From contig NZ_DASZTJ010000033.1 in NCBI RefSeq assembly GCF_035548235.1, forward strand, positions 18,643 to 82,642: DNA of 64,000 nt. Direction: 5' to 3'. The DNA comes from Rhodopila sp. GTDB taxonomy: Bacteria; Pseudomonadota; Alphaproteobacteria; Acetobacterales; Acetobacteraceae. Positions 38,537 to 49,628 of this stretch are shown piece by piece (position 1 is the stretch's first letter; each line of letters begins with the position of its first letter). A program made the position numbers and the translations under genes. The notes beneath the pieces were generated by a model. It saw nothing but the letters and a program-made list of their open reading frames with translations. It did no database searches and was not told the DNA's origin.

Positions 38537-40540
38537 ATGCTGCAAGACCCGAAACTCCTCCATTTCCTGTTTGGCCGTCTGTCGTTGGATGCGCTGCCGA
38601 TCCACGAACCGATTCTTGTCGGCACGTTCATCGTGGTGGCGATCGGTGGCGTCGCCGTCTTGGGCGCGATCACCTATTTCCGCCTGTGGCGTTACCTTTG
38701 GGAGGAATGGTTCACCAGTGTCGATCACAAGCGGATCGGCGTCATGTACATGGTCCTGGGGATCATCATGCTGCTGCGAGGCTTTGCCGACGCCGTCATG
38801 ATGCGGCTGCAGCAGGCGATCGCGTTCAACGGGTCCCAGGGCTATCTGCCAGCGCATCACTACGACCAGGTCTTCACGGCGCACGGCGTGATCATGATCT
38901 TCTTCGTGGCGATGCCGTTGGTGACGGGGCTGATGAACTTCGTCGTCCCGCTGCAGATCGGCGCGCGCGACGTATCCTTCCCCTTCTTGAACAACTTCAG
39001 CTTCTGGATGACGGTCGCGGGCGCCGTCATCGTGATGATGTCGCTGTTCATCGGGGAATTCGCCCGCACCGGCTGGCTGGCTTATCCTCCGTTGTCCGAA
39101 TACGCCTACAGCCCCGATGTCGGCATGGATTATTATATCTGGGGCTTGCAGATAGCGGGTATCGGCACGCTGCTCTCCGGCGTGAACCTGGTCTGCACCA
39201 TCGTCAAGATGCGCGCGCCTGGCATGACAATGATGAAGATGCCGGTGTTCACCTGGACGGCGCTCTGCACCAATATCCTGATCGTGGCCGCCTTTCCCGT
39301 GCTGACGGCCGTGCTCGCGTTGCTGTCGTTGGATCGTTACGTGGGGACGGATTTCTTCACCAACGACTTCGGCGGCAACCCGATGATGTATGTGAACCTG
39401 ATCTGGATCTGGGGACATCCAGAGGTTTACATCCTGATCTTGCCGGCTTTCGGCATCTACTCCGAGGTGACGGCGACGTTCTGCGGCAAGCGCCTCTTCG
39501 GCTACACGTCGATGGTCTACGCGACCCTGGTCATCACGATTCTGTCGTACCTGGTCTGGCTCCACCATTTCTTCACCATGGGTTCGGGCGCCAGCGTCAA
39601 CTCGTTCTTCGGGATCACCACGATGGTCATCTCGATCCCGACCGGCGCGAAGATGTTCAACTGGCTGTTCACGATGTATCGCGGCCGCATCCGGTTCGAG
39701 CCGCCGATGATGTGGACAGTCGCCTTCATGCTGACCTTCGTCATCGGCGGCATGTCCGGTGTGCTGCTGGCCGTCCCTCCGGCTGACTTCGTGCTGCATA
39801 ACAGCCTGTTCCTGGTCGCTCATTTCCACAACGTCATCATCGGCGGCGTGCTGTTCGGACTGTTCGCCGGCATCAACTACTGGTTTCCCAAGGCGTTCGG
39901 CTTCCGCCTCGATCCGTTTTGGGGGAAGATGTCCTTTTGGTTCTGGGTCGTCGGCTTCTACTTCGCCTTCATGCCGCTGTACGTCCTGGGCCTGATGGGC
40001 GTCACGCGACGCCTGCGCGTGTTCGACGACCCATCGTTGCAGATCTGGTTCGTGATCGCCGCATTCGGTGCGTTCCTGATCGCGCTGGGTATCGGGTCGT
40101 TCCTGGTGCAACTTGTCGTCAGCATTCGCAGGCGGGAGGCTCTGCGCGACGTGACCGGCGACCCGTGGTTCGCACGCACGCTGGAATGGTCGACTGCGTC
40201 ACCTCCGCCGGCCTACAATTTCGCCTTCACGCCCGTGATCCATGACATCGATGCATGGTGGGACATGAAGGAACGTGGCTATGTCCGGCCACGGCAAGGC
40301 TTCCGGGCGATCCACATGCCGCGGAACACAGGGACCGGCGTCATCCTGGGCGCCCTCGCGGTGGCGTTCGCTTTCGGGATGATCTGGTGGATCTGGTGGC
40401 TTGCCGCGCTGGGCTTCGCCGCCATGCTTGCCGTCGCGATCACTCATACATTCGACTACCACCGTGATTTCCACATCGGGGCCGACATGGTCACCCGTAC
40501 GGAAGACGATCGTACCCGCCTGCTCGTGGAAGGGGCCTGA
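38537..40540 (+). CDS. cyoB: Cytochrome bo3 ubiquinol oxidase subunit I
   Basis: [39 protein letters not shown]. Confidence 0.98.
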   Translation: MLQDPKLLHFLFGRLSLDALPIHEPILVGTFIVVAIGGVAVLGAITYFRLWRYLWEEWFTSVDHKRIGVMYMVLGIIMLLRGFADAVMMRLQQAIAFNGSQGYLPAHHYDQVFTAHGVIMIFFVAMPLVTGLMNFVVPLQIGARDVSFPFLNNFSFWMTVAGAVIVMMSLFIGEFARTGWLAYPPLSEYAYSPDVGMDYYIWGLQIAGIGTLLSGVNLVCTIVKMRAPGMTMMKMPVFTWTALCTNILIVAAFPVLTAVLALLSLDRYVGTDFFTNDFGGNPMMYVNLIWIWGHPEVYILILPAFGIYSEVTATFCGKRLFGYTSMVYATLVITILSYLVWLHHFFTMGSGASVNSFFGITTMVISIPTGAKMFNWLFTMYRGRIRFEPPMMWTVAFMLTFVIGGMSGVLLAVPPADFVLHNSLFLVAHFHNVIIGGVLFGLFAGINYWFPKAFGFRLDPFWGKMSFWFWVVGFYFAFMPLYVLGLMGVTRRLRVFDDPSLQIWFVIAAFGAFLIALGIGSFLVQLVVSIRRREALRDVTGDPWFARTLEWSTASPPPAYNFAFTPVIHDIDAWWDMKERGYVRPRQGFRAIHMPRNTGTGVILGALAVAFAFGMIWWIWWLAALGFAAMLAVAITHTFDYHRDFHIGADMVTRTEDDRTRLLVEGA

Positions 40541-40541
40541 T

Positions 40542-41189
40542 ATGACCACGGCAATCCTGGAGGCTCCGGACACCCGAGATACGGCGACCGAGGCGCCTGC
40601 CTTCTATCTGCGCGACGAGCACGAGCATGCCGATGGCGGCAGCACCGCGCTCGGGTTCTGGATCTACCTGATGAGCGACTGCCTCATCTTCGCCGTCCTT
40701 TTCGCCACCTATGGCGTGCTGGGCCACAACTACGCAGCCGGACCGGCGCCGAAGGACCTGTTCGACCTGCCGCTCGTCGCCGTCAACACGTCGATGCTGC
40801 TGCTGTCTTCCATCACCTACGGCTTCGCGATGCTGGCCGCGTATGAACATCGGCAGACCGCGACCCAGGCCTGGCTGGCAGTCACCGGGCTATTTGGCCT
40901 GTGCTTCATCGGGATCGAACTGCACGAATTCGCCGGCATGATCGCAGAGGGCGCGACGCCGGAGCGCAGCGCGTTCTTATCGTCCTTCTTCACCCTGGTC
41001 GGCACGCATGGGCTACACGTCACCGCCGGGCTGATCTGGCTGGTGACGCTGATGGTCCAGGTTCGCCGCCATGGCCTGATGGAGGCGAACATGCGCCGGC
41101 TGATGTGCCTGAGCATGTTCTGGCACTTCCTCGACGTCATCTGGATCGGTGTCTTCACTTTCGTCTACCTGATGGGAATGCTGCGATGA
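40542..41189 (+). CDS. cyoC: Ubiquinol oxidase subunit III
   Basis: GFWIYLMSDC, GTHGLHV, FWHFLDVIW. Confidence 0.97.
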   Translation: MTTAILEAPDTRDTATEAPAFYLRDEHEHADGGSTALGFWIYLMSDCLIFAVLFATYGVLGHNYAAGPAPKDLFDLPLVAVNTSMLLLSSITYGFAMLAAYEHRQTATQAWLAVTGLFGLCFIGIELHEFAGMIAEGATPERSAFLSSFFTLVGTHGLHVTAGLIWLVTLMVQVRRHGLMEANMRRLMCLSMFWHFLDVIWIGVFTFVYLMGMLR

Positions 41190-41569
41190 CCGGTCATGCC
41201 GCGCAGACCGGGGTCCATGCTGGGCTCCATCCGGATGGCCACGATCACGGAAGCCACCGGACCTACCTGACCGGCTTCGCCCTGTCGGTCATCCTGACCG
41301 CCATCCCGTTCTGGCTGGTCATGACCGGCGTGCTTGCCAACAACCAGGTGACCGGTTTGCTGATCATGGCGCTGGCCGCGGTCCAGATCGTTGTCCACAT
41401 GATCTACTTCCTGCACATGAGCAGCCGGTCCGAGGGAGGCTGGAGCATGATGGCGCTCGTCTTCACCCTGGTGCTGGTCCTGATCGCCCTCGCCGGATCG
41501 ATGTGGGTCATGTACCACCTCAACGCGAACATGATGCCGGGCATGACCGACATGAGCCGCATGCCGTGA
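41186..41569 (+). CDS. cyoD: Ubiquinol oxidase subunit IV
   Basis: YLTGFALSVILT, VQIVVHMIYFLHM, GSMWVMYHLN. Confidence 0.95.
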   Translation: MTGHAAQTGVHAGLHPDGHDHGSHRTYLTGFALSVILTAIPFWLVMTGVLANNQVTGLLIMALAAVQIVVHMIYFLHMSSRSEGGWSMMALVFTLVLVLIALAGSMWVMYHLNANMMPGMTDMSRMP

Positions 41570-42312
41570 CTGTTTCGGCGCCCGCGATCGGGCTCCGCCT
41601 GCGATCGTCGGTCCTGATTTTTCCTCTGCTCATGGCCGGCGTCGTGTCCCTGCTGATCGGCCTTGGCATATGGCAGATCGAACGGCGAGCGTGGAAGCTG
41701 GCGCTGATCGACCGCGTGGAGCACCGGGTGCATGCGGCCCCTGTCGCCGCACCGGGCCCCGCCGCATGGAGCGCTTTGACCCGTGGCGATGCGGAATACC
41801 GGCACGTGGCGGTGACGGGTCGGTTCGTCGCGGGGCATGACACGCGGGTAAGCGCCACCACGGACCTGGGGATCGGCGCCTGGGTCCTGACGCCGTTCCG
41901 GGACGTCGCCGGCTATACCGTGCTGGTGAACCGCGGCTTCGTTCCCTCGGGTCGGCAGGACAGCCCGCCGCCCAATCACCTAGTGACCGTCTCCGGCCTG
42001 CTGCGCATCACCGAACCGGGCGGCGCCTTCCTGCGGGCCAATGATCCCGCGCACGACCGGTGGTATTCCCGCGACGTCGCCGCCATTGCCGCCGCACAGG
42101 CCATTCCCCGGCCGGCGCCCTATTTCATCGATGCCGATGCCACCCCTGACCCAAGGGCGCGTGACGACTGGCCTCGCGGCGGTCTGACCCGGATCCGGTT
42201 CTACAACAACCATCTCGTCTACGCCCTGACGTGGTTCGGGTTGGCGGCCGCCGTGGCCGGTGCGACAGTCGTCGCGTGCCGGGACATGTGGCGGTCCCGG
42301 CCGGACCGCTAG
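41566..42312 (+). CDS. SURF1 family protein
   Basis: LGIWQIERRAWK, LVNRGFVP, NNHLVYALTWF; GTGA overlap. Confidence 0.93.
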   Translation: MTVSAPAIGLRLRSSVLIFPLLMAGVVSLLIGLGIWQIERRAWKLALIDRVEHRVHAAPVAAPGPAAWSALTRGDAEYRHVAVTGRFVAGHDTRVSATTDLGIGAWVLTPFRDVAGYTVLVNRGFVPSGRQDSPPPNHLVTVSGLLRITEPGGAFLRANDPAHDRWYSRDVAAIAAAQAIPRPAPYFIDADATPDPRARDDWPRGGLTRIRFYNNHLVYALTWFGLAAAVAGATVVACRDMWRSRPDR

Positions 42313-42405
42313 CGGCTGGTGCCTCGCGACAGACAATCGGCGTCGCTCGCCGCCATCCACTGGCGGCCCGTACTCCGCCATGCCTCGATCGAGATGCTGC
42401 GCCGT

Positions 42406-43755
42406 ATGACCACCTTGCCTGCCCTGGACGTGACGCTGCCGGAGACCTTGCCGGTCCCGCCCGGCACCATGCGCGCCCTGACTCCGGATGCGACCAACCG
42501 CAAGAACATGGCCGCCCTGATCCAGCTCCGCTGGATCGCCATCCTGGGGCAGTTCGTCACCATCGCCGTCGTACGGCTCTGGCTCGGCATCGACCTGCCG
42601 CTCTACCCGATGGCCCTGGTGCTGACGGCCCTGACGGTGTTGAACCTCGCCAGCCTGGCGTGGATCCGCCAGGAGAGGGACCTCAGCACCAGGGCGTTGT
42701 TGATCGCGCTGGTGCTGGACGTCTGTGCCCTGACGGCCCAACTCTGGCTGAGCGGCGGCGCGACCAACCCGTTCACCTCCCTGTTCCTGTTGCAGGTGAC
42801 CCTGGCCGCCGTGTTGCTGGAGACCCGAGCGACGTTGGTCATCGTCGGCCTGACCTGCATCAGCTTCGCCGGGCTTGTGTTGTCGTACCGCCCGCTGGTC
42901 CTGCCGCGCACCGACCTGGGCGACATGATGACGCTGCACGTCGTCGGCATGCTGATCTGCTTCCTGCTGGACGCTTCCCTGCTGGTGGTCTTCGTCACCC
43001 GCGTCGCACGCAACCTGCGCGATCGCGATGCCGGGCTCGCCGCGCTGCGTCAGCATGCTGCCGAGGAAGACCACATTGTCCGCATGGGCCTGCTTGCCGC
43101 CGGTGCCGCCCACGAACTCGGGACGCCGCTGTCGTCCCTGTCCGTCATCCTGGGCGACTGGCGCCACATGCCGGCCTTCGGCGAACCCGCCATGGCGCAG
43201 GAACTGGAGGAGATGCAGACGGCGATCGAGCGATGCAAGACGATCCTGACCGGCGTCCTGCTCGCGTCAGGCGAAGCACGCGGGGAAGCGCCGATTGCCA
43301 CCTCGGTCGGCAAGTTCCTGAATGACGTCATTTCGGAATGGCGGACGCGGCACACGGAAACCACGGTCTCCTATGACAACCGCTTCGGCGTGGACATGCC
43401 GATCGTCGTTGATTCGGCCCTGAAGCAGATTATCTCCAATGTGCTGGACAACGCCGTGGAAGCATCCCCCCATTGGGTGGGGTTCACGGCCGAGCGGGTC
43501 GGTCAGATGCTGGTGCTGCGGATCAGCGACGACGGAGCGGGATTCACCGACGAAATGCTGGCGCGGTTTGGGAAGCCCTATCAATCCACCAAGGCGAAGC
43601 GAGGCAGCGGCCTGGGCTTGTTCCTGGTCGTCAACGTGATCCGCAAGCTGGGTGGGTCGGTCGCGGCGTCCAACCGTCCCGCCGGCGGCGCGATGGTGAC
43701 CTTGAACGTACCTCTGGACGCCCTGGCGATCGGGTCGCCTCGAAATGATGGCTGA
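42406..43755 (+). CDS. regB: RegB/PrrB-family sensor histidine kinase (start uncertain, 42394 or 42406)
   Basis: LRWIAILGQ, GGATNPF, AHELGTPL H-box, DDGAGF, GSGLGLF. Confidence 0.85.
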   Translation: MTTLPALDVTLPETLPVPPGTMRALTPDATNRKNMAALIQLRWIAILGQFVTIAVVRLWLGIDLPLYPMALVLTALTVLNLASLAWIRQERDLSTRALLIALVLDVCALTAQLWLSGGATNPFTSLFLLQVTLAAVLLETRATLVIVGLTCISFAGLVLSYRPLVLPRTDLGDMMTLHVVGMLICFLLDASLLVVFVTRVARNLRDRDAGLAALRQHAAEEDHIVRMGLLAAGAAHELGTPLSSLSVILGDWRHMPAFGEPAMAQELEEMQTAIERCKTILTGVLLASGEARGEAPIATSVGKFLNDVISEWRTRHTETTVSYDNRFGVDMPIVVDSALKQIISNVLDNAVEASPHWVGFTAERVGQMLVLRISDDGAGFTDEMLARFGKPYQSTKAKRGSGLGLFLVVNVIRKLGGSVAASNRPAGGAMVTLNVPLDALAIGSPRNDG

Positions 43756-44290
43756 AACAACCGGCGACAGGCCGCTGTTCATCGTTGAAGACGATATCGA
43801 ATTCGCCCGAACATTGAAGCGGTCGTTCGAGCGACGCGGGTACCGGGTCGCTATGGCATCAGGCCTGGGGGAGCTCAATGCGCTTCTGGCTGACGATACG
43901 CCCAGCTTCGCCGTCGTGGACTTGAAGCTGGCCGGCGCCTCGGGCCTCGCCTGCGTCGAGGCGCTGCATGCGCACGACCCGTCGACCCGGATTGTCGTCC
44001 TGACCGGCTTCGCCAGCATCGCGACCGCTGTCGAGGCCGTGAAGCTTGGTGCCTGCCATTATCTGACAAAACCGTCGAACACCGATGCGATAGAAGCCGC
44101 CTTCAGCAAGACGCTCGGCGACCCGGATGTACCGCTACCGGAACGGCCCAGCACGATCAAGACGCTGGAATGGGAGCATATCCATCAGATGCTCGTCGAG
44201 ACCGATTTCAACATTTCCGAAGCGGCTCGACGGCTTGGCATGCATCGTCGCACCTTGGCCCGTAAACTGGAAAAGCGGCCGGTTCGGTAG
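43745..44290 (+). CDS. regA: RegA/PrrA-family response regulator
   Basis: VEDD, VDLKL, LTGFASIATAVEAVKLGA, EWEHIH...HRRTL. Confidence 0.88.
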   Translation: MMAETTGDRPLFIVEDDIEFARTLKRSFERRGYRVAMASGLGELNALLADDTPSFAVVDLKLAGASGLACVEALHAHDPSTRIVVLTGFASIATAVEAVKLGACHYLTKPSNTDAIEAAFSKTLGDPDVPLPERPSTIKTLEWEHIHQMLVETDFNISEAARRLGMHRRTLARKLEKRPVR

Positions 44291-44338
44291 CCGGCGGTAT
44301 TCGTTGACGTCTGAGCTTGCACCAGATCATACTATTGT

Positions 44339-45112
44339 ATGCCTTTATCAAATCCCTCACCGACCCGACCGTTGAGGCGAAACCTGCGTGAGCAGCTTGT
44401 GGAACAGCTCGGCGGCGACATCGTGCGCGGTCGGCTGCTGCCGGGCGACGTCCTGCCCAGTGAAGAGGAATTGCTGTCCCGCTACGGCGTAAGCCGCACG
44501 GTGCTGAGGGAGGCGTTGAACGTCTTGTCGGCGAAAGGTTTGGTGGATGCGAAGCCCCGCCGCGGCACGATCGTCCGTCCGCGTGCGGAGTGGAACCAGC
44601 TCGATCCTGCCATTCTCGGATGGCGCGATGATCCCGCTGCGCCGCCCGGAACCAACCTGGACCATCTGATGGAGCTTCGTCGCATCATCGAACCGTCCGC
44701 AGCGGAGTTCGCCGCCCGGCGAGGAACCGCGGAAGACCACATGGCGATTGCGAGCGCGTATGAAGCGATGATCAAGGCCAGCGACGATATCCGGGCTTTC
44801 GTCGCGGCCGACGTATCGTTTCACGTTGCGTGCCTTTGGGCGGCGCGCAACGAATTCCTGCTGCCGGTTGGGCACGCGATCCGTGCCAGCCTGATCGCGT
44901 CCATGAGGATCACGAATCGGGATAGCAAACAGAACCGGGCGGTGACCCTGCCGCTGCACAAAGCCATTCACGACGCGATATTGGCGCGCGACACCGCCAG
45001 GGCCCGCGATGCCATGCAGGCACATCTGGATGACACCGAGCGCCGGCGTGCCGCGTTAATGCCCTTGGCTGAACCGATGCGGAAAGCCACGAAACGCAGA
45101 GGGGGCCTGTGA
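44339..45112 (+). CDS. FadR/GntR family transcriptional regulator (FCD)
   Basis: LPSEEEL...VSRTVLREAL...PRRGT wHTH; DVSFH and H..IHDAI FCD motifs. Confidence 0.93.
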   Translation: MPLSNPSPTRPLRRNLREQLVEQLGGDIVRGRLLPGDVLPSEEELLSRYGVSRTVLREALNVLSAKGLVDAKPRRGTIVRPRAEWNQLDPAILGWRDDPAAPPGTNLDHLMELRRIIEPSAAEFAARRGTAEDHMAIASAYEAMIKASDDIRAFVAADVSFHVACLWAARNEFLLPVGHAIRASLIASMRITNRDSKQNRAVTLPLHKAIHDAILARDTARARDAMQAHLDDTERRRAALMPLAEPMRKATKRRGGL

Positions 45113-45169
45113 GGCTCCATTATCCGGTCGTTCGGAATAAGGGTTCTTCAACGCAAATCTAGGCCTGCG

Positions 45170-47059
45170 TCACGGTATCAATCCCAAGGCTCTCGGTACC
45201 GCCAGGGTGAACCATGGCACGAACGTCACCAGCAGGAGTCCCGCCAGCAGAACCATGACATAAGGCACCATCGCGCGGGTGGACGCACCCATCGGCGCTC
45301 GGGCGATCGCACAGGCAATGTAGAATCCGACGCCTAACGGCGGCAGAAAGGCGCCAACGCCCATCGCGATCAACAGAACGATCCCATAATGAAGATCGCT
45401 GTTCCCAAGTTTGGTTGCTATCGGCAGCAGTAGCGGCGCCAAGATCAACAACGCCGCCAGGCCCTCCAACAGGGAGCCGAGGACGACGAGGGCAACGATC
45501 GATGCAAGCAAGAACAGTGTCGTGTTGTCCCGCCAGGAGAACACCAAGGCGGCCAGCGCCTGCGGCAACTGTGCCGCCGACAACGCCCAGGAAAACGTCT
45601 GGGCCGCTGCGAGGGTGAACAAGACCATCGCTGCCACTGTCGCGGCATCAGCGGCGACGCGGGTGAGTGTGCGTAGCCCGACCTCCCGGTAGACGAACGT
45701 CGCCAGGACCAGGCCATAGAGAACGGCGAACGCCGAAATCTCGGTCGGTGTCGCAAAGCCGCTGAGAATGCCGGTGAACAACAAAGCGGGCATCGAGAAC
45801 GGCAGGATCGCGCCCAACCCCAGCCGCAGAAGTGATCCCCGTACAACCGGCACGGCGTCATTGGGTTGCGCCTTGCGGATGCGCACGAACACCAGCGCCA
45901 TCAGGCACAGCGCGATCACGGCGGCAGGCAGAAGCCCGGACGCGAAAAGCGCGCCCATCGACAATGACGTGACGGATCCCAGTACCAGCATTGCGATGCT
46001 GGGCGGTACGCACTCGCCCATCGCGGCCGCCGAGGCCAGGACGGCGGCCGTCTCGCTGCGTCTGTAGCCCTCCTGATCGAGCATGTCCCGCATCACCAAG
46101 CCGACAGCCGCGACGTCTGCGGCCTTCGACCCTGATATGCCTGACACGATGTACATGCTCACGATCACGACCTGCAGCAGCCCGCCACGCAAGCGTCCCA
46201 CCAAGGCCGCAACGAACAGGACCAGGCGGCGCGATATGCCGCCAGCTTCCATGACGAAGCCGGTGAGGATGAAAAACGGCAGCGCCAGCAGCACGAAGCG
46301 TGATACGCCATCCGTCATGTTCTGCGGCAATGCGATCATGGATGCCGGATAGACCTGCCGAAGAAACAGGCTCGTCGCCAGCACCAATGCGAACCCCACC
46401 GGAAGGCCCAGAAGGACCGTGATCAGAACGACGACGATCGCGAGTGTGATCGAGACGTTGGACCCGAGCGGCGGCCCGTAGGCGGCGGCCAGGTAAACCG
46501 CCGCGTTCAGCACGAGCAGCACTGACAAGCTGATCAGCACATCCCGACGCGGCTGTGCGGCCAGGCGGGTGATCGCGTACATGGCGATCAGTACCATCCC
46601 GACGGTGAGCGGCAGGGCAAGCCAGGTACCGTGCAACTCCAGCATCGGAGTCAACTCGTCCCAACGCTCCGCCAGCAGCGGCAGCGAGGTGAAAAAGGCG
46701 ACAACGGCCGTTTCGAGCACCAGCCAGTCGGCGGCGGCATGCAGCGCAGCATGCGCCCTGGCGGGCAGCATCTCGACCAGCACCCTGACGGCGATGTGCT
46801 GGTCGCGGCGATAGGCGACGGCGCCGCCGATGAAGGCGATGATCGTCAGCGCCAGGCCTCCGACCTCGTCAGCCCATATCAGCGGCGAATCGAACAGGGT
46901 CCGCCCGAGCACATCGCCGATGACGGCCCCGAGTTCGCCGAACATGGCGATGGCCACCACGATGTCCAGCGCCATGTCGAGAAAGGCGAGAGGGGTTGCC
47001 GCGGGCGACACGGGCGGGTTGGCGATCGCGGCCGGCAAATCGGCCTGTCGCATCGGCAT
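45170..47059 (-). CDS. TRAP transporter fused small+large permease (DctQ-DctM)
   Basis: N-terminal DctQ (WADEV, HIAV) fused to DctM (ALPFFIL, SGSKAAD, PPSIAM, PPLG); start 47059 overlaps the upstream TGA. Confidence 0.88.
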   Translation of the reverse strand: MPMRQADLPAAIANPPVSPAATPLAFLDMALDIVVAIAMFGELGAVIGDVLGRTLFDSPLIWADEVGGLALTIIAFIGGAVAYRRDQHIAVRVLVEMLPARAHAALHAAADWLVLETAVVAFFTSLPLLAERWDELTPMLELHGTWLALPLTVGMVLIAMYAITRLAAQPRRDVLISLSVLLVLNAAVYLAAAYGPPLGSNVSITLAIVVVLITVLLGLPVGFALVLATSLFLRQVYPASMIALPQNMTDGVSRFVLLALPFFILTGFVMEAGGISRRLVLFVAALVGRLRGGLLQVVIVSMYIVSGISGSKAADVAAVGLVMRDMLDQEGYRRSETAAVLASAAAMGECVPPSIAMLVLGSVTSLSMGALFASGLLPAAVIALCLMALVFVRIRKAQPNDAVPVVRGSLLRLGLGAILPFSMPALLFTGILSGFATPTEISAFAVLYGLVLATFVYREVGLRTLTRVAADAATVAAMVLFTLAAAQTFSWALSAAQLPQALAALVFSWRDNTTLFLLASIVALVVLGSLLEGLAALLILAPLLLPIATKLGNSDLHYGIVLLIAMGVGAFLPPLGVGFYIACAIARAPMGASTRAMVPYVMVLLAGLLLVTFVPWFTLAVPRALGLIP

Positions 47060-47667
47060 CAGCGCCAATAGGGCATGTAAAGGTTTGCCAGGTTCAGGTG
47101 GCGCAACAGCGGCCCAAACGCGTCTGGGCGCGGCGCAGGCAGCGGCATCGATCCAGCGAGCTCGATCGTGGCGATCACATCCCCGGTTTGGTCCGCCTTG
47201 GCCTGAAAGACCCGTAGCTGGAGTACGCCCGGCGTTTCCGCCCAACTTGTCCGAACGCCATTGACGGTGGCCTGGATGGCGTTCTCGTCCACGCCGCTGA
47301 AGCGCCACAGCGCCAGGCGTGTCGGGGTACCGTTGGCCCCAAGGCGTGCCCGGCCGGGAAAGATCTGGTCTGCCTCGGCGCGATAATGTCCCCACATCCG
47401 CGGGACGATCCGCTTCGTCCATTGGCTGTAGCGGGACCGCGCGATGGCGCCATATCCCGGTCCTTCCAGCACCGCCCGGTTTTCCAGGTCATACAGAGCA
47501 AGATAACGCGGGAAGCCGTCGAGGCAGAGCAGCCGCTGCGCCGTAACGAATCCCTTACAATCCCGGCGCTCCGGAAAATGTTCGGTATCGTACCAGTCCT
47601 GGAACTCCTCTTCCATGGTCGGGGGAGGCTGCATCATCGCCATCATCAGTCCGGCAGGTTCAGTCAT
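47059..47667 (-). CDS. Hypothetical protein, EthD/dimeric alpha-beta barrel-like
   Basis: EEFQDWYDTEHFPER...YLALYDL motif; overlaps both TRAP genes. Confidence 0.7.
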   Translation of the reverse strand: MTEPAGLMMAMMQPPPTMEEEFQDWYDTEHFPERRDCKGFVTAQRLLCLDGFPRYLALYDLENRAVLEGPGYGAIARSRYSQWTKRIVPRMWGHYRAEADQIFPGRARLGANGTPTRLALWRFSGVDENAIQATVNGVRTSWAETPGVLQLRVFQAKADQTGDVIATIELAGSMPLPAPRPDAFGPLLRHLNLANLYMPYWR

Positions 47668-48650
47668 GCGTTGTGCTCCATGATCATGTGGAACAACTCG
47701 GGGTATTTGGGACTGAACTGGTCGTAGACTGTTTTCATCTTATCCTGGAACGCCTTGAAGTCGGTATCGGTCGGCTGCATGCCGTGCGCCTTTAGGAAGG
47801 TCAGCGCCTCGTCGGAGCGTTTCGCGATCGTATCACGCCAGAACGGCAGCACGGCCGTGGCGGATTCTTGGAAGGCTGCCTGCTCTTCGGGCGTGAGCTG
47901 ATTCCACCGGGCATTGCTGACCATCAGCGCGCCCGCGTTGTAGCTGTGCCGCGTCAGCGCGAGATATTTGGTGACCTCGTACACTTTGAAGGTGACCGCG
48001 GTGGGCAGCGGAAACTCCACGCCGCCGACGGTGTGCTGCGACAGGCCAAGATAGACTTCGCTGCCGTCCAGCGGGACCGGAATCGCGCCAAGCGCCCTGA
48101 ACATGGCGGCGAACACGGGGCCGGGTTGGATACGGATCTTGAGGCCTTTCATATCGTCCGGCGTCTTGACCGGACGATCACGGATTTCCATCTGGCGCCA
48201 TCCGTACCAGCCCCAGGCAAGCCCATGAATGCCCCGCCCGGCCATATCGGCGAAGAGCCGCTTGCCAAGGTCACCGTCCAGCAGGGATTCCGCCGTGGTC
48301 CGATCCTTGAAGATGAACGGAAGGTCGATGGACTGCACCGAGGGCACAAACGATTCGAGGTAGCCCGAGGTCAGGATGGCGCAGTCGATGATGCCGGTCT
48401 GCAGGCTGTTGGCCAGATTGACCGTGCTGCCCAGCGCACCGCCAACGAACATCTGCACGTCGTATTTGCCGTTTGTCCGCTTGGCGAGTTCCGCGCCGAA
48501 GCGCTGCCCGACCTCATAGGAGGTATCGTTCATTGTATCTGCTGTCGCGAACTTCAACTGGATCGGCGACGCAATGGCACGTCGTGTGGCGGCGGCGAGT
48601 AAGCCCCCTGCGATAACCGCACGTCGTTGGACGGATGGCTGACCGGACAC
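47664..48650 (-). CDS. dctP: TRAP transporter substrate-binding protein
   Basis: DLPFIF, DMKGLKIRIQ, GAIPVP; Tat-like N-terminus (QRRAVIAG). Confidence 0.92.
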   Translation of the reverse strand: MSGQPSVQRRAVIAGGLLAAATRRAIASPIQLKFATADTMNDTSYEVGQRFGAELAKRTNGKYDVQMFVGGALGSTVNLANSLQTGIIDCAILTSGYLESFVPSVQSIDLPFIFKDRTTAESLLDGDLGKRLFADMAGRGIHGLAWGWYGWRQMEIRDRPVKTPDDMKGLKIRIQPGPVFAAMFRALGAIPVPLDGSEVYLGLSQHTVGGVEFPLPTAVTFKVYEVTKYLALTRHSYNAGALMVSNARWNQLTPEEQAAFQESATAVLPFWRDTIAKRSDEALTFLKAHGMQPTDTDFKAFQDKMKTVYDQFSPKYPELFHMIMEHNA

Positions 48651-48830
48651 CGTATCTTCCTCCCGGATGTTTTATTCGGTCCGCGCTTTAAGCGGGTTCC
48701 CGTATGATCTTTTGACTCGGCAGTTATGAATATCATAGGACGAATTGGGTAGTGTCAACTCCCGTAAGGCTCTGACGAACAAGTGGCCCCCGTGTTTCCA
48801 GGCCGGTCCGCCTGGAGCGTGCCTGGTTGG

Positions 48831-49628
48831 CTAACCGGCTTCGCTGGCCAGGCGGCGAAGGTTTCCGGCCACCTTTGTCGCCGCGTTCAGCAGCATCGCC
48901 CCATCCGACTGGGTCGAAATGAAACGCACGCCCTGGCGCAGGAACACCTGCTGACGCATCGGGTCGTTGTCGCCGCCGACCCCGGCATATTTGCCGTGCG
49001 CCAACGCAGAGGCGGTGATGCGCGCGACGGCCTCCATCGCCTGGGGATCACCATAGGCGCCAGGCTTCCCCATGTCCGCGAGCATGTCGGTCAGACCCAC
49101 ATGGAGAACGTCGACGCCCTCGACGGCGGCGATCGCATCGATGTTGCCCAATCCCTCCAGACTCTCGATCATGCATACGACGAGGGTGTTGGTGTTCAGC
49201 AGCGCGATGGTTTCCTGCATCGGCACGGGTCGGTAGTTGAAGATCGGATAGCCGCTGGTGACCGAGCGCGTGCCGATCGGCGCGAACTTGCAGGCCTGCA
49301 CCGCCGCCCGCGCGTCATCGGCCGTGTTGACATCCGGAGCGACGATGCCGGTGACACCGGCATCAAGCATGACCGGGATGTTCGGATCGCGACAGCTTCT
49401 GACCCGCACGAACGGCGCCACGCCGCAGCCCAGCGCCACCTGTGCGATGTGGCTGATCGTTTCCAGGGAATATATGGCATGTTGGACATCGAGGAACAGG
49501 AAGTCGTGTCCACTCGTCGCTGCAATGCGGGCGATATCGCCCGACCTTGCCATGCGCACGACCATCCCAAGAGCGAGTTCATCGGCTTCCAACCGCCGGC
49601 GGACGGGGTTGATGATGTCGGGAAGCAT
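48831..49628 (-). CDS. HpcH/HpaI aldolase/citrate lyase family protein
   Basis: FLDVQH, APIGTRS, MIES, HVGLTDM. Confidence 0.9.
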   Translation of the reverse strand: MLPDIINPVRRRLEADELALGMVVRMARSGDIARIAATSGHDFLFLDVQHAIYSLETISHIAQVALGCGVAPFVRVRSCRDPNIPVMLDAGVTGIVAPDVNTADDARAAVQACKFAPIGTRSVTSGYPIFNYRPVPMQETIALLNTNTLVVCMIESLEGLGNIDAIAAVEGVDVLHVGLTDMLADMGKPGAYGDPQAMEAVARITASALAHGKYAGVGGDNDPMRQQVFLRQGVRFISTQSDGAMLLNAATKVAGNLRRLASEAG

